Shown one piece after another: positions 38,601 to 46,440 of a stretch of 64,000 bases of DNA; the stretch's first letter is position 1, and the number at the start of each line of letters is the position of its first letter. Origin of the DNA: an uncultured virus (IMG/VR IMGVR_UViG_3300032246_002559) (Duplodnaviria; Heunggongvirae; Uroviricota; Caudoviricetes); IMG/VR virus record IMGVR_UViG_3300032246_002559; one strand, written 5' to 3'. The notes beneath the pieces were generated by a model. It saw only the letters and a list, made by a program, of their open reading frames with translations. It did no database searches and was not told the origin of the DNA. The position numbers were made by a program, and so were the translations under genes.

Positions 38601-41600
38601 CGGCAATGGCAGTTGCGTTGCGACCGGCCGATTCTCGCGCCAGGCTGGCCTTGTCCACCAAATCTCCAAACGCCCGGGTGCGATTCGCCAAATCAGCCAA
38701 GCCATCATTGAAAATCTTGGCTCGCTCATCCAAGTTCTTGCCGATCTGAGAAAATGAATCTTTGAGAGGTTCCGCCATCGGCCCGAGCAACTTCTGTATC
38801 AACTTGCCCATATCTTGGCCGGTTTCGCGTAACAACTTGGAAAAATCTTCGCCACCCAACTGGCTTTGGATCGAGTTAACCATGATTGCCGATTGGGCTT
38901 TATCGATCCCCTCAGCATTCAGAGCTTCGCGTAAACGGTCAGCGATCTGGATGGAGATATCTGCTCCACGAGCAATGTCAGTTACAGGCTGGGAGCGGAC
39001 GGCATTGATGATTGAAGGGAGAAGTTTACCTGTCGCAGTGATAACACCCGCCTGAGACTCGACATTACCACCCGCCCCCGTCATCTTAGTGATGGCTCTG
39101 ACAGAATCCATAAACTCTTCGGGAGCGGCGAATGGTTTTTGAAGAGTCTCTGTCAGACCAGTTCCCACATACGAAGACACGCTGGAGTCCATCATGTCAG
39201 AGAGATTCTTGATTGAACCCGACATGCGGGACAGCCTAATCGATGCCGACTCGACCGCTGAAGCTAATGAAGAGAACATAGCGGCAGAACGATTGACCTG
39301 CGTTTCATTATTCTGCTGTCGTCGCCGAATAACTTCGGACTCCTGAGTTCGCTCAAAAGTTTTGAAGAGACGTTCCTGGAGCAGGACAGGATCTTGCTGT
39401 GTCGCAGAAGCAACGCGAGAAAGAAGGCCCCTTCCAAACCCCTGATCGGCTCCCAGAACTTGGCCGAATGACTGTAGTCGCGCGCTACGATCTTTCATCG
39501 CTGCGTTGCCGACATTTGATTGAGCTTGCTCTTCAATCATCTTACCAAGCGCATCCATCATGGGAGCAGCCTGGACGGCATTGATCTCCCTCATGCTCTT
39601 CTGCAGTTCAGCCAGATATGTCTTCTCAGAGAAGGTGATCCCGAAACCCATTGGCGAGGCGGCCCTCATAGCCTTGTTTGAGGTTTCCCTCTCGACAATT
39701 CCCCTGTCGCCACGGATGGTCTGAATGTTAAATGGGTTTAGATTGTAAGTACCCTTAGCGAAATTCGTCAATGCGTCGGATGTGGCCTTGAGGGCCATAG
39801 CAATTTTGGCTTCACCAATTTCGGAAGCGGCGGTCTTTAGCCCGTTGGCCAGACCGTAAGCGGCGCCAACAACAGCACCGATAGCCGCGCCAGGAGCACC
39901 ACCCACCGATACGCCGATTGCAGCTCCTGTGGCGGCGCCACCCAGTAATCCGCCCGCACCCCTGAATGTTGAGAATGAGGACTCATCACCCGCTCTGACG
40001 CGAGCCTCGGCAGAACCAGCAGCGGTGTCAGCAAATGATCCCGCATATCCGCCTATGGCCTGAAGACCGAAGAAGCCTGTCTGCGGACTAAAGCTGCTGA
40101 CTAGGCCACTTCCAATTGACCGCCCCATGTTCATAATTCTTTGGCCGAATCCCCCCTTGGCTCCCTGTCTGTATAGATCGGCATCTCCGATTATTTCACC
40201 TGAGCGTGTTGTTTTGACTTGGCGGCTGCTCTCCAAGCCGATATTGAAACGCTCCACAGCCATGCTGGTCGCGACGTCGTTATCTCTTATGCCCATCGCC
40301 TGCTGGATTTGCAATGCAGTGCGGTCGACATACTGCCTCTGAAGCAGTGACTTTTGCTCTTCCTTGATTCTGGCAAGTGTGGCGGTATCAAGACCAGCAT
40401 TATTTGGGTCAAGCTGTCGCGCCCTTTGACCTATTCTGTCCTCAAGAAGTTTTTGGAGAGTTCTTCTTCTCTCGGTATTTTTAATAGCGCGAGGTTGGGT
40501 TCCAGCATTAATCAAATCGGCGGGTCCTGAGAAGCTAAGTCCCGTTTTTCCGCTGGCATCTCGCGTCGATGACACTTCGATTCCAGAGAACTCAGAACGG
40601 ATCCTCGCGGCGCGCGATTCCTCATCTGTGGCAATCATGCCTTCGGCTTCATACTGCTTCTTGTATTCCCGCTGCCTTTTATTGAATAAGGCCCTGTCAG
40701 ATGGGCTGGTACTTGTTCTGCCCTTGCCTTTGTTTCCAGCCAACAAAAGAGGGTCTAAGCCCTCGTCGGCGGCAATCTGCTTCTGAACGGCGGCCAGTTC
40801 CGCTTTTACTCTCTTAGCCTCTGCCAGAGCCTCAAGATCAGGGTTGGGGCCTGCTTTAGTTTCTCTATAGCGCTTAGTTAGTTCCCGGGCATCCTTTTGC
40901 AGTCCATACATCCGGTCGATGTTGCCGCTTCGTTCCATCGCCTGCTTCTGGATGTTACGCGCCTCAACAGCGCGCTGCTCTGACACATTCGCCATGGATG
41001 CCCTTGACGTGATCTGAAGTGCCGTGGCCTCCGCCTGATTTCGGCGATCCTGGGCCGAAAGATAAGGTCGGGTCGTCATCAGGGTCCGCTCAATGGATTC
41101 GGATATCAAAGTAAAGCCATTGGCAACTTTGCTCATGTCACCCAGTAAGCGAGCAGCAGCATCCCCGTTGTAGGTGCCTACCGTGGCGGCATAAGGGCTA
41201 ATCTTGCCTCTAGAAGCCATGGCGTCCTTGATGACTGGATCAAACTCGGATATCTCATTGGGAGAATGGTAAGGGCGGCGTCTGTTGGGGGGTAGCGTAG
41301 GTATGGGTGGAGTTTTTACTGGCGGTTGAACAGGAGGCTGCGTGCCCCCTGGGTTAGGAGGCAAGGTGTTCTGAGTGCTCTGTTGGTTAGGAAGCGGGGG
41401 GTTCTGAGTGCTATGGGTGCTCTGTTGGTTAGGAAGCGGGGGGTTTGGCAGACTAGTAGTTGTGCCATTATAAGTTTTTGTAACCTGACGAATAGCCACG
41501 TCGAGAGCTTTAAAATCCGTGATTTTCTGAAGTATTTCTTTGTCCAAGGCAACCAAGGAACTAATCAGTTTGGAAATACTGCCTACAATGTTGCCCGTTG

Positions 41601-44600
41601 ACTGACCGCTAGCTGTAGATGTGTTAGAACTTGATGGCTGACTCGGTTGGCTTGGCGACGACAATGTCAGATTTGGAGACCCTGTAGTCGCTTCGGTCGG
41701 TTTGACTCCCGAGTCTTTAGGAGAAACGGACTGTGGTCGCAAATATGGATGATCTAGAGGTGGAGGAAAGTCAATTGGCAATGGAATCGGAGGTAAGTGC
41801 GGCAAGTAGAGCATACGCTCTTGTCGAGCTTTTCCCTCGGGTGGGAGAGCGCCCGACTCATTACCGACCTGTTTCATTTGGGCTGTAGCCGCTGCTGCTT
41901 TAGCTGTAGCGAAATAGTCATTAGTCAAAGGAGTAAATTCATATCCGGCTCTCTTCGCCTCTATTTCGGCTCTGCGCTGCATGAAGGGTTTGCGTCCTTC
42001 AAGTTTGGCCTCATAATCAGCGCCAAAATAAACTCCCTGAGACCTGAGGGGAGCAGCACGCATCAGGCGACTCGCCACTTCGGCCTTGCGCTGAAGGTTG
42101 CGTTCGCGCAACAGGTCAATGCGTGTTGGTTCTTCAACTATCTTAGTTGGTTCTTCAACTATCTTCTTGCCTGCTTCAGAGGCTTCCTTCTCTCGCATTT
42201 GCTTTGCATAAGCGCTCCTGCGTGTCGCCGATCTATCAGCTTGCTCTTCTGCCTTTGTAACACCTAGTGATAAGCGAGGAATTTTTGCATTTATAATTCC
42301 TAACGGATTAGTTCCAGCAAGATCCTCGTTCTCATTTCCTTCAGCAATTTTTATTCTGCGGATTCTGGCCGTCATCTTGAGAATTCGTTCTGGCGTTGGA
42401 TCGTTTGGTTGCCTGCCCGTATCATAATTTTCATTTATATCATTTTTGCGTTGATCCAATGGATTTTGAAGAGCGCCTGCTAAATCTGAACTAGTAGCCA
42501 CTCCTGGTATTTTGTCTTTCTTGCCAAGTTCTCTTTTCATTCTTTTTATTTCAGCCTCGCGACGCGCGATAGCTTCATTGAGTGCTGGATCAAAGTATTC
42601 GGGATCCTTTTTTACTTGTTCTCTAATTGCACTCTTTATATTGGCCAACTGCTTAAGTTTTTGTTGTATTTCTGGGCTAGTAGGCTCTTTCTTTTTCCCT
42701 CTCTTTGCAGGTTCGGTCGGTTTGACTCCCGAGTCTTGAGGTGAAACCGATTGTGCTCGCAAATCTGGGAGATCTAGAGGTTGCGCTCGCAAATCTGGGA
42801 GATCTAGAGGTGGAGGCGGGACAATTGGCAATGGAATCGGATTGGGTAGTACGGACAACGGCATACGCCCTTGCAGAGCTTTGCCCTCGGGTGGGAGAGC
42901 ACCCGACTCATTACCAGCCTGCTTCATTCGGAACGCAAGATTATGATCATCTCCTGCGCCAGACGTATACTGAAGGATCGTGGACGCGAAGTCCTTCGCC
43001 TGCGCTTTGGAGATGCCCTCGGCGATTTCCTGCTTGTGCGTTTTACCCGATCTGTCCCCTTTGGTGAATTCTCGAGTCACGGAATAAAGGCTTTTGTCTT
43101 TACCCTGCTGAAGAATCTTGAGATTAGCAACATTAGGAACCGCTACATCGATAACTTTTCGACGGTCTTCTGTCCTCTCTTTACCAAAAACGACATCTTC
43201 AGCGCCACGTAGGCGTTGAAAATTTTCATCCATGTGGCTGGCGAGAGTAGGAATATCACGAGGCAACTTGCTAACGTCTACCTTTGGGTAACTCATCGGC
43301 ATCGTGATGCCGACTCTCTTATCCTTAGAAGTGACGACGACTGGATTATTGCTTGGATCAACGGCGTTGGCGTGAAACTTGGCGTCCTTATATCTATCGA
43401 GAAACGTCTGAACATATTTGGCATTAAGATGAACCTGATCTCCGGAATCAGATTGCATTATCATGGAGCGTTGTTCAGAATCAGACATGGAAATTGCGGC
43501 CGGCTTGATCTGCGCTCCTATCTTTTGTTCTTCTATTTTTTTTCTAATTAAAGCATCATGTGCTTTGGCCCTGTGGACCATATCTCCTTTAATCTCACCG
43601 CCGTACTTTGCCTGAAAAGCTTCCTGTTCCTTAGCGGGCAGATGCATCGCCATATAGGGACTAGTATATATGCCGTGAAGGGCGGCGGCAGGACCATATT
43701 GTGGTGTTATGTCCGCCATAGAGAATAATTGTTGTTTCGATAGGCCCTTTGGAGCTGACGACATGTTGGTCTGATAACCGCTTTGATCACGGATCGCTTT
43801 AGAAATATCGGCAGTCGCTGAGCCGCCGACAGTAGAGGCGGTTGGTGCAGGCTGAGCTTTGACGTTTTGCTTTTTTATCTCCTCCAATCGCTTCTTGAAG
43901 GACGCTTCCAAGGCGTTGGTACTTGATACAACAGGTTCTATTTCTGGAAGAGAGGCAAAAGCCTCTTGGGTCATGTTTCTGTCAGAGGCTTCCTTCGCTA
44001 TCTCTTGTCGTTTTCTTGCAAATGCATCAAGGCCCTTATTTAATTTTTTTTCGCTTAGTTCATCAACTGGAAACTTTAATTTGAAAGGATTGCGATTTCT
44101 TGTTGCGATTCTAGCGTTTATCTTTTCCTGCGACTCAGGAACATCTTTCAAAGCACGCAATTCTTCAGGAAATGTTTTCTTAATTGAGCCAATGAGTTCA
44201 GCGATTTTAGCTTTGGCTTGCTTATCTTCGGTCGTGGACGCCAGGCGCGTACCAAAATCAGTATGCATAGAGTGGCCAAAAATTTGAGCAAGTATTTCTG
44301 CTTTATTTTCGTAGTAACCTTCTTTCTTGCTCGTAAGTTTATTTGTCTTAAGGGCTTGCTGCACGAACGGCATCAGTTCCTCTAAAGCGGCTCCAGTTTT
44401 AGTTTTTTTATAATCAGATAATTTTTCTAGGCTTCCCAATTTGTGTCCGGCAGCATAGTCGAGAGCATGGATAATCTCATGTGGCCCGACCATTTTCGTC
44501 AATTCTTCTTCAGTGGTAGTTTTATTAATATTGATTGTCTTTCTATCTTTCCTGTACCCACCTTTTAGATTATATTTTTTATCGAGATCGACCTCAAATT

Positions 44601-46344
44601 TCCTGGCCGATTCGGGAAGCATTTTTTCGAGATCCTCCATTCCCAATTTCTTGAGGGACGCTTGAAAATGCTTAGCTAAGTCCTGTTCCGTAAATTTTTG
44701 ATCTGCGGGATAGGCGCCTCCCGAACCTTGGTAAACTCCACCACCACTCATCCCTGGTATCTTGCCAGTGCTATTTAACTTATTAAGCCTGGGGATACCG
44801 ATCTGCTGAACTTGTTCGGGCGGTACAACATACTCACCGGGCGTTAATAAAACATTGGGAACGGAAGATTTTTTGATAACGAAACTGCCCGAATCTAGAC
44901 GAGCGGGAACGCTGTCAGTATTGCCTGTTCCTGGCACAAGTCCGCCCGAGGCCCTGCCCAGCAGGTTGCTGCCTCCCGAATAGCTGGCGCCCTTCTGAAA
45001 GTTCGCAGCGGCATTGAATAACCCAGCGCCAATCCTGGTCGCTGCAATGGCTGTCAATATGGGAAGCAATGGCTTGGCGGCACTCAGAACTGCGGCCAAG
45101 GTGCTGGCCAATGTCTCGAATCCAGAAAAGGCGCCCTTGAAACTTGAGGTTTCGACCATGGATCGACCAAGGAAGGCATAAGTCTCGCCAAGTTTGGAGA
45201 GGCGATTGCTGTAGCTATCGGCAGCTTGGGCGGCATTCACCTGGAGACTGACACGACCAGCCTCAGCAACCATTAGGGCACGTTCGCTGACTGAAAGCTC
45301 CTGGATAAGAGGGATAACTTTTGAAATTTGTCGGTAACCACCAAGATCCTCGATAATAGCTGAATAGCGAGGGTCTTGCTGAGGCAACTGAGTGAGTGCC
45401 GAAGAAAGTCGTCGTATGGCTTCATAGGCGCCTACGAACTGGTTTTCCAGCCCGAGATTGCCTGACTTCTCAGCCTCTTCTCTTGTGTAGCGCAGCTCAA
45501 CCCCGAACTCCCGGAGAGCTTTCACTGTGTCGTTGCGCTGGATACGGGTGAAGATTGTTCTTAATCCTGTGGCAATCGATTCGGCCGATTCACGAGTTGT
45601 CTGCCTGACCGAGGTAAACAGGGCCAATAGTTCATTCAGATCGCCGCCACTTGACTTAAACGCTCCACCTGTTCTTCTGACGACCTCGATTAAGTCTCCA
45701 GCTTCAACTGCGAATTCTCCGGCCACGGCGTTCATAGATCCAAGTGCGGCCTCCAGCTCTTTGCCGGATATCTTGAACTGGCTCATAACGGCAATGGCGC
45801 CTTCTGTCGTCTGCGCCATCGAGTCAAAGTTTGGAGCCAGGGCGCTTTTGGCCAAGGCTTCAAGCGCGTCGCTTGTGTCGGCCAGCGACAAGTTGGCCTG
45901 CTTGAGTGTAACCGCCGTCTTGATCAACTCCTGACTCGAAACGCCAAAGGATGTCGACAACTCGTTGACTCGTTGACGTACGCCGCCAACCTCGCTGCCA
46001 GCCTCAATCGTGACCTGACGGAGTCTAACCATCTGCCGGTCGAACTCAATTGCCTGAGTGGCCACGTCCTGAATACTTTTCGCGAGACCAATGAAGGGCA
46101 ATGCGGCTACTGAAAAGGCAGCAAACCGCTTGAAGGCCAGTCCCGACTGCTGGGAAAACTTGTCCATGGCCGACGTCGTACTCTCGATGTGGCTCTGCAC
46201 GGATCTGATGGCAGCCAGGTCGGTCTTGACGGGGACGGTTGTTGCCCCAACGCCACGCAAGCCCGAATTGATCTCGGTTGCAATGTTCCTGACTGCGCCA
46301 GATGCCAGTCTGAGGTTCAGTTGTCCTGTAATATCAAATGCCAT
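32689..46344 (-). CDS. Giant tape measure protein with inserted cargo-like domains (4551 aa)
   Basis: N-terminal TP901-type TMP domain (EFDRQMVRL..FGVSSQEL..QTTRESAESIATGLRTIFTRIQ), long helical body, Gly/Ala hydrophobic segment, position after tail tube and chaperones. Confidence 0.88.
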   Translation of the reverse strand: MAFDITGQLNLRLASGAVRNIATEINSGLRGVGATTVPVKTDLAAIRSVQSHIESTTSAMDKFSQQSGLAFKRFAAFSVAALPFIGLAKSIQDVATQAIEFDRQMVRLRQVTIEAGSEVGGVRQRVNELSTSFGVSSQELIKTAVTLKQANLSLADTSDALEALAKSALAPNFDSMAQTTEGAIAVMSQFKISGKELEAALGSMNAVAGEFAVEAGDLIEVVRRTGGAFKSSGGDLNELLALFTSVRQTTRESAESIATGLRTIFTRIQRNDTVKALREFGVELRYTREEAEKSGNLGLENQFVGAYEAIRRLSSALTQLPQQDPRYSAIIEDLGGYRQISKVIPLIQELSVSERALMVAEAGRVSLQVNAAQAADSYSNRLSKLGETYAFLGRSMVETSSFKGAFSGFETLASTLAAVLSAAKPLLPILTAIAATRIGAGLFNAAANFQKGASYSGGSNLLGRASGGLVPGTGNTDSVPARLDSGSFVIKKSSVPNVLLTPGEYVVPPEQVQQIGIPRLNKLNSTGKIPGMSGGGVYQGSGGAYPADQKFTEQDLAKHFQASLKKLGMEDLEKMLPESARKFEVDLDKKYNLKGGYRKDRKTININKTTTEEELTKMVGPHEIIHALDYAAGHKLGSLEKLSDYKKTKTGAALEELMPFVQQALKTNKLTSKKEGYYENKAEILAQIFGHSMHTDFGTRLASTTEDKQAKAKIAELIGSIKKTFPEELRALKDVPESQEKINARIATRNRNPFKLKFPVDELSEKKLNKGLDAFARKRQEIAKEASDRNMTQEAFASLPEIEPVVSSTNALEASFKKRLEEIKKQNVKAQPAPTASTVGGSATADISKAIRDQSGYQTNMSSAPKGLSKQQLFSMADITPQYGPAAALHGIYTSPYMAMHLPAKEQEAFQAKYGGEIKGDMVHRAKAHDALIRKKIEEQKIGAQIKPAAISMSDSEQRSMIMQSDSGDQVHLNAKYVQTFLDRYKDAKFHANAVDPSNNPVVVTSKDKRVGITMPMSYPKVDVSKLPRDIPTLASHMDENFQRLRGAEDVVFGKERTEDRRKVIDVAVPNVANLKILQQGKDKSLYSVTREFTKGDRSGKTHKQEIAEGISKAQAKDFASTILQYTSGAGDDHNLAFRMKQAGNESGALPPEGKALQGRMPLSVLPNPIPLPIVPPPPLDLPDLRAQPLDLPDLRAQSVSPQDSGVKPTEPAKRGKKKEPTSPEIQQKLKQLANIKSAIREQVKKDPEYFDPALNEAIARREAEIKRMKRELGKKDKIPGVATSSDLAGALQNPLDQRKNDINENYDTGRQPNDPTPERILKMTARIRRIKIAEGNENEDLAGTNPLGIINAKIPRLSLGVTKAEEQADRSATRRSAYAKQMREKEASEAGKKIVEEPTKIVEEPTRIDLLRERNLQRKAEVASRLMRAAPLRSQGVYFGADYEAKLEGRKPFMQRRAEIEAKRAGYEFTPLTNDYFATAKAAAATAQMKQVGNESGALPPEGKARQERMLYLPHLPPIPLPIDFPPPLDHPYLRPQSVSPKDSGVKPTEATTGSPNLTLSSPSQPSQPSSSNTSTASGQSTGNIVGSISKLISSLVALDKEILQKITDFKALDVAIRQVTKTYNGTTTSLPNPPLPNQQSTHSTQNPPLPNQQSTQNTLPPNPGGTQPPVQPPVKTPPIPTLPPNRRRPYHSPNEISEFDPVIKDAMASRGKISPYAATVGTYNGDAAARLLGDMSKVANGFTLISESIERTLMTTRPYLSAQDRRNQAEATALQITSRASMANVSEQRAVEARNIQKQAMERSGNIDRMYGLQKDARELTKRYRETKAGPNPDLEALAEAKRVKAELAAVQKQIAADEGLDPLLLAGNKGKGRTSTSPSDRALFNKRQREYKKQYEAEGMIATDEESRAARIRSEFSGIEVSSTRDASGKTGLSFSGPADLINAGTQPRAIKNTERRRTLQKLLEDRIGQRARQLDPNNAGLDTATLARIKEEQKSLLQRQYVDRTALQIQQAMGIRDNDVATSMAVERFNIGLESSRQVKTTRSGEIIGDADLYRQGAKGGFGQRIMNMGRSIGSGLVSSFSPQTGFFGLQAIGGYAGSFADTAAGSAEARVRAGDESSFSTFRGAGGLLGGAATGAAIGVSVGGAPGAAIGAVVGAAYGLANGLKTAASEIGEAKIAMALKATSDALTNFAKGTYNLNPFNIQTIRGDRGIVERETSNKAMRAASPMGFGITFSEKTYLAELQKSMREINAVQAAPMMDALGKMIEEQAQSNVGNAAMKDRSARLQSFGQVLGADQGFGRGLLSRVASATQQDPVLLQERLFKTFERTQESEVIRRRQQNNETQVNRSAAMFSSLASAVESASIRLSRMSGSIKNLSDMMDSSVSSYVGTGLTETLQKPFAAPEEFMDSVRAITKMTGAGGNVESQAGVITATGKLLPSIINAVRSQPVTDIARGADISIQIADRLREALNAEGIDKAQSAIMVNSIQSQLGGEDFSKLLRETGQDMGKLIQKLLGPMAEPLKDSFSQIGKNLDERAKIFNDGLADLANRTRAFGDLVDKASLARESAGRNATAIAVRRRNISEQDGDMMNLASSLRLQQERQSRLTGTFGASAQDPDFIANKLRGTFGDIGRAEKRIENASRGGDINEQNAAAIQLTNLKTKAADLSQALKNLTDASERSAAAQEKLGKIQADREGRQALGMRYATANSEGRTEIARSFQLLTQAARIGTAAPFGIKEQNQIFSLLSSLSPQMRLQGLGGTTVKELTNSLMTTTFGGAFDLDPQTAAMERALENFVQNNYETAARAAQLQVELQANLQAEFFNRLTASQDAFLAQLAKSMADNSRLLTESLRLQAASRVGELEKQVGKSSMLGQIGIQTEPQFEAIKNTLKSGDQLQRIFAAGRNVSVFDQREKTAISQSGDFAKVLSETVGGTSVRNLASGGAAATIMSQFAERGFTDAADQKKLLLILQEMVNESNLRGTIGNNTDGIAEMFSKAVKDLTWTRINESRSEMSKAKGELERSGMIAPEIIDKIIDAANRAGGVITLSSLKDAVSAVDSTNRKFVELNTALEEAKKSLEAIGKPGGLAAGGAVRFFNKGGWGAGGSTTAHPADTVNARIAPDEFVVSSGPAQKHRSLLEQINRGELPRFGEGGVVAQGLLDRHNQDYVNPNRIKDLRQMSEWILMEEGAKTVFDAILAKPPADRPKEIVSRLAELEKIGKKTPSQEGMHDALFGLKKVLNDNDLNEAAKSKALVTDKDALKWYYDTKIRWSIAQAMVTPGFESEPLLNEAIGEQYDFYGKSSESLPRIGGWEKNIGKNDINGLDWQIANGKTEGKYAWFRESLLSKRTREDRAFRDTFESLGPEMKPIVMGEFGESLLAPDLGEGRKFTRSNTEVELWKKKKKTNITANRPTRDEVDKELKRKFYEEDLSAFFDNNWIPKQVARLTDGKPTSDNFAEDMLAGYRDQLGQKDKFKFDLDAAIVEKIKSTKKFEWFPSNLEKAIKEGKDARSDAFSSPTERIQNILSGMKAEDFGPKESASVSMAQLNAQHAQAFNRLSAGVQARAVDQMKSKILGNKLNGGEMELLRLSGNLHIRKDLEDIDHGEIKRLVENMPKMAALERAAAEIFVERLTKASSVGEKINKGDGAVNSAEMSLFLAQLDIQGRKQALDQLTDPNNKIKFLRYQRFAQVNPEFVSKHLDEAKANGAYSYATEANIIEMLLGYRSKPASEIFKNADPKTLKRQLPGFASGGVVPGSGNTDSVYAHLAPGSFVVRKSSVNSIGASSLASMDHYASGGVVPAMVMPGEYVFGPKQAAAIGHGRLDSMNKTGKLPRFQFGGAVGGAAGGFAAMPAPAPGMAWIQVPANQAQQQEKKLNPLEKAVEKVVNDRIAARDVAATNEARLARAKYNDDITLMRHKFFELRAKLLKSPSSMRDRDELAEYRSLYSALNNPEIIKEDIRRQQESIGDALTTLESDPAKFFDEAQALQKLVRDTKADKFERRKALERLNQMRYAANTANALFGPGAAQKALGRVAAQRKEEIRQRAAAAAPVAPAQNNAGPARVEVDAPLAALKEEIFGEAIRKDREREQKNRDPINEHHRKLEEKREATKAWDLDPARAAANKHHLEANQRNARTEEEREKAKAEAAKFAHMTEHKPERVPGSPEERAKQEAEAEQIARRNHDRAVEKFVRPDYTASVKKIEEGLAGRGPNAEAIKGYRGFLPPLGRNRIIKDALQAAGLVGRYPNDAEIKQIDDLAASGFNATDVLGYKRLVQEGKAKEGGSFLFMAQAYDQMVNLKGFDVANSIKPGLAPDPAKDLFNLNRARYEAGRKAGYILEEGLDDENKARIGGNFYSLISGRMKNAFDKNVDDFRSGTKEEVKPELPPRPRLRPRTPLGMASGGIVPGTGSHDSVPALLTPGELVIPKHQVQKFASGGVVGGGAAGSSVDIMDAANRFNQAAAQIGQGLSGFSNSINAFGQSVGTFGEFVARFDEAVSKIPEEITLSGANDISVNIMGQDSIVRAVTEALGPMIADAIRNSQPVEQRSS
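41692..42928. repeat. Imperfect ~190-bp direct repeat pair inside the TMP gene (41692-41879 and 42712-42928)
   Basis: Both encode MKQ.GNESGALPPEGKA..PIPLPI..PPPLD.P.LR.QSVSP.DSGVKPTE; the 42.7-42.9 kb copy has an additional 30-bp tandem duplication. Confidence 0.9.
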
Positions 46345-46359
46345 GGTGACCCCGCAAAC

Positions 46360-46403
46360 AAAAAAGGCGACGGCCCTGCCCCCTGGGAGCAGTGACCATC
46401 GCC
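46360..46403 (-). terminator. Rho-independent terminator-like hairpin immediately upstream of the TMP start
   Basis: GGCGAUGGUC/GGCCGUCGCC 10-bp stem plus CUGC/GCAG extension, followed by UUUUUUGUUU. Confidence 0.7.
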
Positions 46404-46430
46404 CGCGTAATGCCTATCCGGTTCAACTAG

Positions 46431-46440
46431 AATTACACCG
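46431..46440 (-). promoter_or_regulatory. Putative late promoter motif CGGTGTAATT
   Basis: Matches the 26074 and 49771 motifs; overlaps the upstream stop codon. Confidence 0.45.

Noticed and set aside
41692..42928. Repeat pair in the TMP gene as a DGR template/variable repeat
   Set aside because: Mismatches involve all bases (C/G, G/T, T/C), not adenine-specific; both copies are in-frame coding; no reverse transcriptase in the window
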